Below are positions 25,465-35,863 of a DNA stretch of 64,000 nt, one piece after another; the first letter of the stretch is position 1, and each line of letters starts with the position of its first letter. The DNA comes from a virus (lineage: Duplodnaviria > Caudoviricetes), in the IMG/VR virus record IMGVR_UViG_3300033076_001354, positions 64,001-128,000 of that record; one strand, given 5' to 3'. Below the pieces are notes generated by a model that ran no database searches, had not been told where the DNA came from, and worked only from the letters and a program-made list of their open reading frames with translations. A program made the translations under genes and the position numbers.

Positions 25465-28400
25465 ATGGATGAGAAGAAGCTTCTTGAGGGATTCGCCAAA
25501 GCCTTAGGTTCGGCAGGCGAGAAAGCGCTCAAAGACATCGAAGAAAAGAAGCTTAAGGAGCAGAAGTACCTTGAGGGTCTGGCTTCAATGCTGGGTCCTG
25601 AGGCAAAGCGGAAGCTCGAAGAGATCGAGAACGAGCAGGCTGAAAAGAAGAAAGCTTTAGAAGCTAAGAAAGAAGAGATCCGAGCGAAGAAGGAGAAGGA
25701 GCAGAGGCTCCTCGATGAGATCAATAAGTCTCTCACCGCGCTCGTTACTGGCAATCCACAATACATTGAAGCGATCGAGCAAGAAGTCGCTGAGACGATA
25801 GCCGAGCTTCCGATAGAAGAAACGATTGCCGCTGCGGTTGAAGAAACGGTTGCTGAAGTCATTGAAGAAGCACCTGTAGAAGAGATCGAAGAAAACGCGG
25901 CTCAGCCTCAACCTGAGCTTCCTAAAGACGACATCATCACACTCGCAGTCAAAGACATTTCCAAATCGGCACCCGGAAAGATACAAGACGTTGTCGATGA
26001 ACTTCCGCGAGGCCTTCGCCGTGAACTCGACATTCTTAAGAAGTCGATCGCAGACCTTCATAGGTTCGCCACGAATCACTCGCAGATGGGTGGAGGCGGC
26101 GAAGTCAAGCTCGCGCGCTTAGACGACGTCGACGCCAGCACGATTGAAGATGGCTACTACCTGCAGTACGACGCCGCTTCTGGAAAGTTCATATTCGCTG
26201 CGGGTGGCGGCGGAGGAGGTACGGGTCCAAGAGGTGCAAACGGTATTAGTATAACCAACGCCGCTGTCAACGGCAACGGCTACCTCATCATAACTTATTC
26301 AAACTCCGCCACGTCGAACGCAGGCTACGTGGTCGGTGCCACAGGTCCGACAGGCGCCAATGGTGCAAATGGAGCCGCTGGAGCAAACGGCGCAAATGGA
26401 ACGAATGGCACTAATGGAACAGATGGCATAGGAATATCCAGCGCTACCGTCAATGGCGATGGTTATCTGACCATAACGTATTCAAATACATATGTGGCAA
26501 ATGCCGGATACGTTGTAGGCCCAGCTGGTTCAGGAAACGGCGGTGTGTCGCAGATCCAATCTAATTGGACGCAGACCAATAACACCGCCGTTGATTTCAT
26601 AAAGAATAAACCCTACGTCCCTACTAATACAGATATAGAAACTGCATATAACAATGTCGTAGCGTACGCTGCGTCAAACACATACGTTAATTCTACGTTT
26701 GCCACTAACACCTATGTCAACGGCACTTTCCAGACTATGTCCGGATTGAGTGCTAATGTTGCAACGCTTGCGGCAAACGCGGCGACTTATTTGAATGGTA
26801 AGACAGAATCTAATCTCAATGTCAACAACGCTTTGACGTCTAATAATTCTACGTATGCTTTTGGTAAGTCTGAATCGGCTCTCAATGTAAACAATGCGCT
26901 TACATCTAACAATTCATCTTACCTTGGTGGAGTCGCTGCTAATGGTTACTTAACGACTACCGGCGTCAATACTTCCAACGGTAGCTTTACTTATTATTCC
27001 AACGCTTCTAATACAGCGTTTAGCATCGTCTTAACGCCTTATACACCTACAGGAAATCAAACTTTTGCGTTTTATACAACAGGATCTATATACGGTCCAC
27101 AAGCGTGGATGTCTTGGCCAGATGGAACTCTGCAAAGAACCGCTTGGACTGGAGCTGCCGATGGTCTGATTGCAAATAGTTCTGGTACATTTGTCAACAA
27201 TTCTTACATAGCCACGCTATCCGCGAATGCTTCGACTTATTTGAATGGTAAGACAGAATCTAATCTAAATGTCAACAATGCATTGACTTCTAACAACGCT
27301 TCTTACTTGGGTGGAAACACTGCTTCTGATCTAAGAACTTATGCAAGTGATTTAGCTGGAAACGCGTATTCAAACGCGATAGCATACGCAGCTTCTAACT
27401 CCACCGTATATTCTACGTTTGCTACCAATACATACGTCAATAGTACTTTCCAGACGATGGCTGGGTTAAGTGCGAACGTTGCAACACTTGCTGCAAATGC
27501 ATCTACGTATCTCAACGGTAAGACGGAAAGTAATCTCAACGTCAACAACTCATTTACATCGAACAACGCCTCTTATTTAGGAGGCAACACGGCTTTAGAC
27601 TTAAGAGCGTATTCTGACACGGCCGCGGGAATCGCATACTCTAACGCGATCAGTTACGCCGCTTCAAACAATGCTGTATACTCGACATTTGCAACTAACA
27701 CTTATGTTAATTCTACGTTTGCGACCAATACCTATGTAAATTCTACGTTTGCTACAAATACCTATGTCAACGACACTTTCCAAACAATGGCTGGGTTAAG
27801 TGCCAACGTAGCGAAACTTTCTGCGAACGCAGCCACTTACTTGAATGGTAAGACTGAACCTAACTTGAACGTCAACAATGCATTGACTTCAAATAACGCC
27901 TCTTACCTCAATGGAAACACAGCAAGCGACATCTTAACCTATGTCGACAATAAATCCGGAAACGCATATACGAACGCGACGGCGTTTTCTTCCAACGCTT
28001 CTAACATCTCCAGTGGAACCGTCGGTGAGCCTAGACTTCCCTACAGAATGGATCAAAACGTAAGAACGACCGACGCGGTTTCGTTCGGTAACATGACGAT
28101 CACGGGTAACCTTACTGTGACCGGCAACGTTGCGGTGATAGGTGCAAACAACCTAACAGTCGTCGACAACATGATATACCTGAATAGTAACAACACCGTT
28201 ACTAATCCGGACTTAGGTTTCGCGGGCAACTACAACGACGGAAGCTACCATCACGCAGGATTCTTTAGGGACGCAACCGATGGGTTCTGGAAAGTATTTG
28301 ATAACTACGCGCCCGAACCCGACGCTTCACCTTACATCGATACGTCAAACAACACTTTCCACATCGCCGACTTCCATGCAAATACGTTTAGAGTAGGCAA

Positions 28401-28662
28401 CACTACTGTCTACTCCACTATCAATAGCACAGCGTTTTCTGGAAGCGCAAATTCCGCATCTTACCTCGGCGGGAATACGGCTTCAGACTTAAGGACCTAC
28501 ACCGACAATAAATCCGGCAACGCTTTCTCCAACGCTGTTTCTACGATGATAGCGAACAGCACGAGCTACACGGGTAACAATACGTTTGGTGGAACGACTA
28601 CCACCTTCAACAGCAACATAGTATTCAACGGGACTTTCACGATCGACGGCGGAACATTCTGA
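25465..28662 (+). CDS. Mosaic fibre protein: charged N-terminus, collagen-like segment, Asn-rich repeats
   Basis: E/K-rich first ~200 aa, GGGGEVKLARLDDVD, G-x-x repeats, repeated YLNGKTESNLNVNN, C-term DGGTF. Confidence 0.7.
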   Translation: MDEKKLLEGFAKALGSAGEKALKDIEEKKLKEQKYLEGLASMLGPEAKRKLEEIENEQAEKKKALEAKKEEIRAKKEKEQRLLDEINKSLTALVTGNPQYIEAIEQEVAETIAELPIEETIAAAVEETVAEVIEEAPVEEIEENAAQPQPELPKDDIITLAVKDISKSAPGKIQDVVDELPRGLRRELDILKKSIADLHRFATNHSQMGGGGEVKLARLDDVDASTIEDGYYLQYDAASGKFIFAAGGGGGGTGPRGANGISITNAAVNGNGYLIITYSNSATSNAGYVVGATGPTGANGANGAAGANGANGTNGTNGTDGIGISSATVNGDGYLTITYSNTYVANAGYVVGPAGSGNGGVSQIQSNWTQTNNTAVDFIKNKPYVPTNTDIETAYNNVVAYAASNTYVNSTFATNTYVNGTFQTMSGLSANVATLAANAATYLNGKTESNLNVNNALTSNNSTYAFGKSESALNVNNALTSNNSSYLGGVAANGYLTTTGVNTSNGSFTYYSNASNTAFSIVLTPYTPTGNQTFAFYTTGSIYGPQAWMSWPDGTLQRTAWTGAADGLIANSSGTFVNNSYIATLSANASTYLNGKTESNLNVNNALTSNNASYLGGNTASDLRTYASDLAGNAYSNAIAYAASNSTVYSTFATNTYVNSTFQTMAGLSANVATLAANASTYLNGKTESNLNVNNSFTSNNASYLGGNTALDLRAYSDTAAGIAYSNAISYAASNNAVYSTFATNTYVNSTFATNTYVNSTFATNTYVNDTFQTMAGLSANVAKLSANAATYLNGKTEPNLNVNNALTSNNASYLNGNTASDILTYVDNKSGNAYTNATAFSSNASNISSGTVGEPRLPYRMDQNVRTTDAVSFGNMTITGNLTVTGNVAVIGANNLTVVDNMIYLNSNNTVTNPDLGFAGNYNDGSYHHAGFFRDATDGFWKVFDNYAPEPDASPYIDTSNNTFHIADFHANTFRVGNTTVYSTINSTAFSGSANSASYLGGNTASDLRTYTDNKSGNAFSNAVSTMIANSTSYTGNNTFGGTTTTFNSNIVFNGTFTIDGGTF
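26335..26433 (+). repeat. Collagen-like (Gly-X-Y)n coding tract
   Basis: GATGPTGANGANGAAGANGANGTNGTNGTDGIG. Confidence 0.85.
26665..27960 (+). repeat. Degenerate coding repeats in the fibre gene
   Basis: Recurrent FATNTYVNST, QTMAGLSANVA, YLNGKTESNLNVNN; DNA repeat TTGAATGGTAAGAC at 26791, 27241 and 27841. Confidence 0.85.
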
Positions 28663-28711
28663 CGTTAAATAGGTTATAACCCGCAGTATATACTGCATAA
28701 AAGGTTGCCAG

Positions 28712-30184
28712 ATGGCTAGCACTATTCAGATCAAGCGAACCGCGGTTGCGGGACGCGCACCCAACACAACCAACTCATCTAATTCGCAGTACATAGCCGC
28801 GGGTGAGCTCGCTCTCAATATGACGGACGGCGTGCTGTATTCTTCGGACGGCACCAACCTGATCTCCATCGGTGCATCGCAGCAGGCTTTCTCAGCTTTT
28901 TCGGTTGCGTCAGAATCCATAAGCACGAATACTGTCACCGCATCCACGGGCTCTTTCAATAACATCTCCACCGATCAAGGCATATCGATCGGCAACTCTA
29001 CTGTCAATGCTTCTGTTAATTCCACCACTTTGTTTGCGGGCAACGGAAGCGTCAATACGTTCGTCAATACGAACTTCATCGCCGTCAGCAACTCGACCGC
29101 GAATATGCAGATCAGCCCGCTCTCACTCTTCAGTGGAAATTCAACGGCGAATCTTTTTATAGACATGGCCGGCGGAACCATCAGTGCAAACATCTCGGCC
29201 GCCTCTCTCGATGCTACAGGTACTGCTACTATTCAAACCTCGACTAATCACAATTTAACATTGACAGCAGGTCTTACCATCAACGTAAGCGGTTCTTCTG
29301 CCCAAGTTTTTAATTCTTCAAACTACACCAAAGCTTTCTCAGTAGTTTCACTGCCTACACCGAATACCATAAAGTTTACTATATCTTCGTCTTCCAGCAC
29401 ACAGACGCCGTCTTCATTTAAGAGCGATGGAAGAAAGCTTTTGAAGCTAGGAAGAAGCAACGGCGTGGCGACCGCAGTGACGTCGAACGCTCACCTTTTC
29501 TCAAATGGTGACACGATCTTTATCAACGACAACATTTTAGTGAATGGAAAGGCTCCAGCTTATAGCTTCAACATTCCCTCGGCTTCTCCAGTCACCGTAA
29601 CGACTGTTAACTCAACTGCATTTACATTCAACAGCCAGAGTCCTACTTCAGTCGTTACATTGAACGGTAAAGCCTACAACATCGCTGCGGTAGCCGCAAC
29701 TGTCACTGCCGACGTGTTCATGAGAATCACGGCGAATAATTCATTTACCGTAGGATCCACTATTAAATTTAATACGATGGTTCCATCCAATGTGGCGTGG
29801 AGTTCAACTAAGACTACGCTCAGCAACGCGTCGTTCTTGGTCACGGCTTCTAACTCTACTTCATTTACGTTGAAGCTTGGATCACATAGGGCTGGAACGC
29901 CGGCAGTCGTAAATACAAACGCCACGATTACTTCGGGTTCCATCGGAACGAGCTTCGATGAAGTTACGGGAAACGTTACCTCGACCGCTTATGTAAATCA
30001 AGTTGTAGCCAACACTTCTGTCGGTGGATCGATTGGAACACAGACGCCCGTCGGCATAACTATTCAAACCGGAAACGGGCAGCTTATGAAGATAACGTCT
30101 TCATTCATCTACGTTGGTTCTGCTTCTAATCTAAACAGTGGTACGTATATTTCTGGCAATCAAATACGTCCTGGGACTATCTAA
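28712..30184 (+). CDS. Tail fibre protein
   Basis: N-term IQIKR...GELALNMTDGVLY fibre anchor motif; S/T/N-rich body. Confidence 0.7.
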   Translation: MASTIQIKRTAVAGRAPNTTNSSNSQYIAAGELALNMTDGVLYSSDGTNLISIGASQQAFSAFSVASESISTNTVTASTGSFNNISTDQGISIGNSTVNASVNSTTLFAGNGSVNTFVNTNFIAVSNSTANMQISPLSLFSGNSTANLFIDMAGGTISANISAASLDATGTATIQTSTNHNLTLTAGLTINVSGSSAQVFNSSNYTKAFSVVSLPTPNTIKFTISSSSSTQTPSSFKSDGRKLLKLGRSNGVATAVTSNAHLFSNGDTIFINDNILVNGKAPAYSFNIPSASPVTVTTVNSTAFTFNSQSPTSVVTLNGKAYNIAAVAATVTADVFMRITANNSFTVGSTIKFNTMVPSNVAWSSTKTTLSNASFLVTASNSTSFTLKLGSHRAGTPAVVNTNATITSGSIGTSFDEVTGNVTSTAYVNQVVANTSVGGSIGTQTPVGITIQTGNGQLMKITSSFIYVGSASNLNSGTYISGNQIRPGTI

Positions 30185-32997
30185 TGGTTGATATTTCTTC
30201 GGTACAGCAAGACAGCATCACAGTTCAATCTCTGCAGAACATAGGCGGGTCAATCGTCGACGCGTCTAATAACTTCTTCGTGAACACAAGCATAATGTTT
30301 ATGGGGAACACGACGACCTCAGTCATTATTCAATCTTCTGGAATATACACGCCGTCTATTGAGCTCGATGGAACGACCGCTAATCTTTCGATAAACACCA
30401 CATCGTTGATGCTAAAGACGACCACCGCGAACTTATACATCGACGTCAACGAAGCTAATTTTCCCGGCGACGTAACGGTGCTCGGCAGCATACTTCTGAC
30501 AGGAAGTTTTGTGTCGAACGGTACCAACGGCAACACCGGTGACGTTTTAGTCTCTGATGGTACAATATCATACTGGTCTTCGGCGGCCAACAACTCTACA
30601 TACGCCTATGGTAAGACCGAAGGCAACCTCAACGTTAACAACTCCCTGACGTCGAACAACGCTTCTTACCTTGGTGGTATAGCGGCGAACCAATATGCCT
30701 ATGCAAATCAGGCTGCGTCTTCCGCTAATAACGCGTCGTATCTTGGTGGTGTTGCAGCCGCAAGCTACATTCAGAACACTGACTCAAGGACTCTATCTGG
30801 CAACTTAAACTTCACCGGATCAAACGTACAATTTAGTTCTTATTACTTAGGTAACGACAGTCAGATTAGGTTTAGAACTGTAAATAGCGCCGCCTACGCA
30901 TACTTCGTTCAGCAGTCAGATGATAACTTCGTCTTCTACACAACTAACGCTTCCTATGCTGCACGACCAGTTTGGTCAATATATGCAAATAGTTCTACAA
31001 GCGCTTTAGGATTTGGTGTTCCCGTAAACTTTAATTCCAACGTCGGTGCTTTGACTGCTAACGGCTCGGTCGGCGCCACAAACCAAGTCTTAACGTCTAA
31101 CGGTTCAACAGTTTATTGGTCTTCACCTGGTGCTGCTTCAGTCAACTCTGCGGCGCAGTATACGTGGACCAATACACATACATTCCAAGCAAACGTTGCG
31201 TTTACTGGAAACAACATAAGCGTTGTGTCGAATACTGGATCAGTTATGTTTGCTGGTGCAAGCGACACAAACTGGAGAATTGGAAGGTCTACCGGTTCTG
31301 TCACAAAGTTCTACTACACCAACAATTCACTTGACTTCATAAGCGGCGGTTCAAACCTTGAAGGGTTTACGTTTGGCGCACCTGGTGTCAACACATACCT
31401 TGAGACTGGTTCAGCTGGAACTTTTACAAAGAACCCAATCTACGTTGGAAACTCAAGCGTCAACGTCACTATCAACTCAACATCGTTCACAGGATCTTCA
31501 AACAACGCTTCTTACCTTGGAGGTGTCGCAGCCGCAGGCTACTTAAGATCTAATACGTCGGGTACTTACAGCGGTGGTGTTTTAAGGTTTACTAATGACA
31601 CTGGTGTTTTAGGTTCATCGACGGGTGAAGCAAACACTCTTCAAATATATCAAGCAAACGTCAATGCCGACGCGTTTCAGACGTTTCATGTATCTGGTGA
31701 TACGGCAGTTCACTTTGGTTTAGATGGAACAACAAACGACTTATTTGTTGGTGGCTGGTCTTTAGGCGCTAACAAATATAAGGTATGGCATCAAAACAAT
31801 GACGGAAGTGGGTCGGGATTAGACGCGGATCTATTGGATGGTGTCAATGGTGCTAACTACGTTCAAAATACTGATTCTAGAACACTGTCCGGCAACTTAA
31901 ACTTTACAGGCGCAAACACATCAATATCTGGCAATCTAACTATTCAATCTACGGGTGAGTTGATTATATCAAACGGTGCCGGCATATACGCGAATGCATC
32001 TTTGGGTAATACTGGACAGGTGCTCACCAGTGACGGCGCTGGAGTTTATTGGTCTACGGTAAGTGGCGGAGGCGGAGGTGGTTTTACAAACGGTCAATCT
32101 ATCTCTGTTAACAACTTTGTTATTACGGGTGGCTTTACCGCGAATAGTTCAAATGGTACATCTGGACAAGTATTGACGTCAAACGGTTCAGGACTATATT
32201 GGTCTTCAGCGACAGTCACTACGGTTGCTAGCATCGAAACTGAGATAACTGCCGACGGGCCTTTGGCTTGGTGGAAATTCAATGAAACATCTGGAACCAC
32301 TATCACGAACTACGGCTCACTTGGTTCGAACGCCAATCTTACACTCAGCGGAAGCTGGACACTCGCAGCCGCTAAGATAGTTCCTTCATCGAGTGATTCA
32401 TTTGCTTTCTGTGCAACTTCAACGTCATACGCCGGTACTGCAAACAACATCTTAGGAGCCCCTGCCTCAGGTGATCACACTCTTGAAGCTATAGTCGTGC
32501 TAACGAATGATGGTACGAACGCAAACAGGGTGATAAGCATCTCAGACGTCGGTGAGACTGCGGCCACGAACTACCAAGCAGGTTTGATGGTTACGACGGC
32601 GGGAGAACTTTTTGACTTCTGGGAGTACGGTTCAGGTACAAACGTATCCGTAGACTCAAACGTTCTTGTCAGAAGAGGCGAACCTCTACATCTTGCATTC
32701 GTTAAAAACAGCACAGCTAAGACTGTTACGTTCTATGTCAATGGCGTTAAAACCAACGTTCTTACATATGCAAACGAACCAACCGGTGGTACGACCGCTT
32801 ACACCAGAGTAGGTAATAACGGCACTGATACAACTTCACGCTTCACGGTAGCCCACACCGCGATCTACAACAAGCAATTATCGGACGCAAGGGTTTTAGC
32901 GCATGCAAAAGCGGCCGGTCTTGCTTATACACCAAACTATGTAACAACGTCACTGGCCTCTGGATCATTTGGCTATAATTTAATCTTTGGAGGATAA
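30184..32997 (+). CDS. Tail fibre protein with C-terminal LamG/ConA-like lectin domain
   Basis: NDGSGSGLDADLLDG fibre motif; PLAWWKFNETSG...HLAFV...FYVNG...AIYNKQLS LamG-like pattern. Confidence 0.75.
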   Translation: MVDISSVQQDSITVQSLQNIGGSIVDASNNFFVNTSIMFMGNTTTSVIIQSSGIYTPSIELDGTTANLSINTTSLMLKTTTANLYIDVNEANFPGDVTVLGSILLTGSFVSNGTNGNTGDVLVSDGTISYWSSAANNSTYAYGKTEGNLNVNNSLTSNNASYLGGIAANQYAYANQAASSANNASYLGGVAAASYIQNTDSRTLSGNLNFTGSNVQFSSYYLGNDSQIRFRTVNSAAYAYFVQQSDDNFVFYTTNASYAARPVWSIYANSSTSALGFGVPVNFNSNVGALTANGSVGATNQVLTSNGSTVYWSSPGAASVNSAAQYTWTNTHTFQANVAFTGNNISVVSNTGSVMFAGASDTNWRIGRSTGSVTKFYYTNNSLDFISGGSNLEGFTFGAPGVNTYLETGSAGTFTKNPIYVGNSSVNVTINSTSFTGSSNNASYLGGVAAAGYLRSNTSGTYSGGVLRFTNDTGVLGSSTGEANTLQIYQANVNADAFQTFHVSGDTAVHFGLDGTTNDLFVGGWSLGANKYKVWHQNNDGSGSGLDADLLDGVNGANYVQNTDSRTLSGNLNFTGANTSISGNLTIQSTGELIISNGAGIYANASLGNTGQVLTSDGAGVYWSTVSGGGGGGFTNGQSISVNNFVITGGFTANSSNGTSGQVLTSNGSGLYWSSATVTTVASIETEITADGPLAWWKFNETSGTTITNYGSLGSNANLTLSGSWTLAAAKIVPSSSDSFAFCATSTSYAGTANNILGAPASGDHTLEAIVVLTNDGTNANRVISISDVGETAATNYQAGLMVTTAGELFDFWEYGSGTNVSVDSNVLVRRGEPLHLAFVKNSTAKTVTFYVNGVKTNVLTYANEPTGGTTAYTRVGNNGTDTTSRFTVAHTAIYNKQLSDARVLAHAKAAGLAYTPNYVTTSLASGSFGYNLIFGG

Positions 32998-32999
32998 AG

Positions 33000-33356
33000 A
33001 TGGCAGCTCCTAATCTACTGTCACTTACTACGGGAACGGGTAAGTCGTACTTCGCGAATCTTACCAGTACGGCCAACGCGACTCTTTTAACGACCGGCGC
33101 GAACCAAGTTTATAAGATCAACAACATCACCGTTTCAAACCTTGATGGCACAGCTGGGTACGACGTGACTATGTATGTTGCTAACGCGACTGTCACTGTC
33201 CCTATAGCATATCAGATCACAGTGCCGGCAAAGTCAACTTTGGTTCTAACTGATAAGTCTTCTCAATTTTATCTGGAAGAAAGCTATCAGCTGCAGGGTG
33301 GAACCAGCGCCAACGGTAAGTTGTCGGTCCTCGTCAGCTACGAACTTCTTCAGTAA
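33000..33356 (+). CDS. Small virion structural protein
   Basis: MAAPNL...VSNLDGT...TVPAKSTL...YLEE...VSYE family adjacent to fibres. Confidence 0.6.
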   Translation: MAAPNLLSLTTGTGKSYFANLTSTANATLLTTGANQVYKINNITVSNLDGTAGYDVTMYVANATVTVPIAYQITVPAKSTLVLTDKSSQFYLEESYQLQGGTSANGKLSVLVSYELLQ

Positions 33357-33365
33357 GGTTTAATA

Positions 33366-34535
33366 ATGGCTAAAGAAAACGGCGGCGTCATAGGAAAAAT
33401 AAATTTCACTACACAGAACTATGCTGTCGGCGCGTTCACAATAAAGTCGCATTTCAACGCGAACTATAATGCTCAATGGCCAAGAAGTGGTAGTGTATTT
33501 CTTGCGGTAGCACACAACACAACTCCATTTGTTTCAGTCTATCCATTTTCTACTTTAGGATTTGGAGCTAAGCTCGCTAACCCAGCAACTTTACCTACGG
33601 GAAATGGTAGCGGTGTTACATTTTCTTCAAACGGTAAAACGTTAGTGGTTGCACACGCTACTACCCCTTTTGTTTCTGCTTATCCTTTCAGTGGTTCTGG
33701 TATAGGATCAAAATATAGTGACCCAGCTACGTTGCCGGTAAGTGCTGGATTAGATGTAGGTTTTAGACCTCAAGGCGATGCAGTTGCAATATCGTTTAAT
33801 ACTACACCATTCATACACGTGTATGCATGGAGTAATGGATTTGGCTCAAAATTTACTAATCCAGCTACACTACCAACATCTGGCTACGCCGTTACTTTTG
33901 CGCCAAACGGCAATGATATAGCAATAGGTTCAGGAGCTCTAATTGTTTATCCATGGAGCAGCAGTGGGTTTGGTACGAAATACACTGACCATGCATCGAA
34001 CTTAACTGCCAGCGTCAACTACACGGCAGATCTTAGTTTTCATCCTAACGGCGGATATATTGCTGTAGGATATAATTCGAGTGGAACTATATCATCGACA
34101 AGAATCGAGCGCACGTATGGATTTACATCGGGCACAGGTTTCACAAGCACATTTTATGATACATCTACTTCTGGAGCAACGCTTGGTGCTACAAGTGCTA
34201 CTGGCTCAGATATTGCAGGTGTTGATTTTAGTCCTTCGGGTAACGACGTTGTTTTTGCTACGACTGGCAGCAGTGTAAACTATGTTAGAGCATATAGCTT
34301 TAATACTTCTACTGGATACACAGCTAAATATGCAGATCCTGCTACTAATACGACAGGTGCACCTAATAGATCTAAATTTAGCCCTGATGGAGCTTATCTC
34401 GCGTCTGTCCATGCCACTACGCCGTTCGTTACCGCATGGCCATGGACGTCTGGAACGGGATTTGGCACGAAATTAACAAACCCAGCAACTTTGCCGGCAA
34501 GCACTGGCAACGATTTAGCTTGGGGAGTAGTATGA
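33366..34535 (+). CDS. Beta-propeller protein, candidate receptor-binding protein
   Basis: About seven ~44-aa repeats (AH.TTPFV..YP.S..GFG.K..NPATLP...V.F.P.G). Confidence 0.7.
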   Translation: MAKENGGVIGKINFTTQNYAVGAFTIKSHFNANYNAQWPRSGSVFLAVAHNTTPFVSVYPFSTLGFGAKLANPATLPTGNGSGVTFSSNGKTLVVAHATTPFVSAYPFSGSGIGSKYSDPATLPVSAGLDVGFRPQGDAVAISFNTTPFIHVYAWSNGFGSKFTNPATLPTSGYAVTFAPNGNDIAIGSGALIVYPWSSSGFGTKYTDHASNLTASVNYTADLSFHPNGGYIAVGYNSSGTISSTRIERTYGFTSGTGFTSTFYDTSTSGATLGATSATGSDIAGVDFSPSGNDVVFATTGSSVNYVRAYSFNTSTGYTAKYADPATNTTGAPNRSKFSPDGAYLASVHATTPFVTAWPWTSGTGFGTKLTNPATLPASTGNDLAWGVV

Positions 34536-34559
34536 TTATTTTTAACATAGGAGAAAAAA

Positions 34560-34925
34560 ATGGTAGACTTTTTAACGATCAGCGACACCGATAAGAAGTT
34601 GGCGCTTGTTACGGCTCTGATTGGCCGTGAGCAAGAGATTCATTCTTACGACATAAATATAGGTAACTATGAAGTGATGCTTATCACTCTTCCAACAGGT
34701 GATTGGCCCGATCTAATTGCATCTTATAAAAATACGCCTATTGAATTGGTGCCGGCAGATCTTCAACAGAATGTAACCGACTATCAGTTCAGGGATAGAA
34801 TCAAAGCCTTGCTTGCAACTGAGAAGCTTGAAAGAAGCAAGTCTGTTAGAGTATATGAAGCGATAAAGTCACAGATACCCAGCAATGAACTCAGCTCATT
34901 GATAGCACAAGTAAAAGGAGCTTAA
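34560..34925 (+). CDS. Hypothetical helical protein (possible RBP chaperone)
   Basis: Good SD (AGGAG); follows the propeller gene. Confidence 0.5.
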   Translation: MVDFLTISDTDKKLALVTALIGREQEIHSYDINIGNYEVMLITLPTGDWPDLIASYKNTPIELVPADLQQNVTDYQFRDRIKALLATEKLERSKSVRVYEAIKSQIPSNELSSLIAQVKGA

Positions 34926-34928
34926 TAA

Positions 34929-35540
34929 ATGTTGACTGAAGAACAAATCAAACACGGCTATCCGAACTCAAAGCCGGACATCGTCAAAGCACTCGTTGAG
35001 AGCTTTGAAACGCTCGCGAGCAAATACGAGATCTCTGGTCTCCGTCTCGCACACTTCCTCGCGCAGACCGCACACGAGTCGGGCGGCTTCCGCGTGATCG
35101 AGGAGAACCTCAACTACTCAGCCGACGGTCTGATGAAGATCTTCCCAAAGTATTTCAGGGACAAGGACCCAAACGAATATGCTAGAAAGCCTGAAAAAAT
35201 TGCGAACGTTGTTTACGCCTCGAGAATGGGCAATGGCGATACTGCTTCTGGTGATGGCTATAAGTTTCGCGGCCGCGGACTTATCCAACTTACCGGAAAA
35301 AGCAACTATTCTGGGTTCGCTGCTGATTCCGGAGTAAGCGTCGACGAAGCGGTAGCTTATCTCGGCACACCTCAAGGTGCGATCGAGTCGGCGGCTTGGT
35401 TCTGGCACAAGAATGGTCTCAACGCACTCGCCGACAAGGACGATGTCACCGCAGTAACAAAGCGAATCAACGGCGGCACCATCGGTCTTGAAGATCGTCA
35501 GAAGCACACCAACGAGTTCAAGGCGATCTTAGGAGTCTAA
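34929..35540 (+). CDS. Glycoside hydrolase family 19 endolysin
   Basis: AHFLAQTAHESGG, EENLNYS, FRGRGLIQLTGKSNY, SAAWFW, INGG. Confidence 0.9.
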   Translation: MLTEEQIKHGYPNSKPDIVKALVESFETLASKYEISGLRLAHFLAQTAHESGGFRVIEENLNYSADGLMKIFPKYFRDKDPNEYARKPEKIANVVYASRMGNGDTASGDGYKFRGRGLIQLTGKSNYSGFAADSGVSVDEAVAYLGTPQGAIESAAWFWHKNGLNALADKDDVTAVTKRINGGTIGLEDRQKHTNEFKAILGV

Positions 35541-35543
35541 AAA

Positions 35544-35834
35544 TTGACGGCTGCCCACAGACACAGCGACGCTAGGGCTTGCGGAGCGACCACGATAGTA
35601 TCGGGTCAATCGACGGTTCGCGTCAACAACCTTCTGTGGGCAGTCGACAACGACGTGAACACCGATGGTGGAGGCGGTCTAAATCCTGCCGGCTCCACCG
35701 TAAAGATCAATAACCTCGCGGTAGTAGTGGTCGGAGACCCAGCGGATCCAGACTCGCTGTGTCCAGTTCCTGGAGGGGCGCACTGCAACCCGCTCGCCTC
35801 GGCTGGCAGCGGGAACGTGAACTGCTACGGCTGA
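35544..35834 (+). CDS. PAAR-like spike tip protein (gp5.4-like), TTG start
   Basis: AAHRHSD..CG, VRVN, VVVGD, His/Cys metal ligands, GSGNV. Confidence 0.7.
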   Translation: MTAAHRHSDARACGATTIVSGQSTVRVNNLLWAVDNDVNTDGGGGLNPAGSTVKINNLAVVVVGDPADPDSLCPVPGGAHCNPLASAGSGNVNCYG

Positions 35835-35835
35835 T

Positions 35836-35843
35836 TATAAATA
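35836..35843 (+). promoter_or_regulatory. Late promoter TATAAATA
   Basis: Exact match upstream of gp13. Confidence 0.8.
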
Positions 35844-35863
35844 TCTAAAAGAAGGAATTTATA

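Noticed and set aside
26665-27960. Repeat pairs as DGR template/variable regions
   Set aside because: Differences are not adenine-specific, all copies lie within one ORF, and no reverse transcriptase is in the window
28712-32997. Frameshifted or split single fibre gene, or stop-codon recoding
   Set aside because: The TAATG junction is the same coupling used throughout the window; core genes are full length in the standard code
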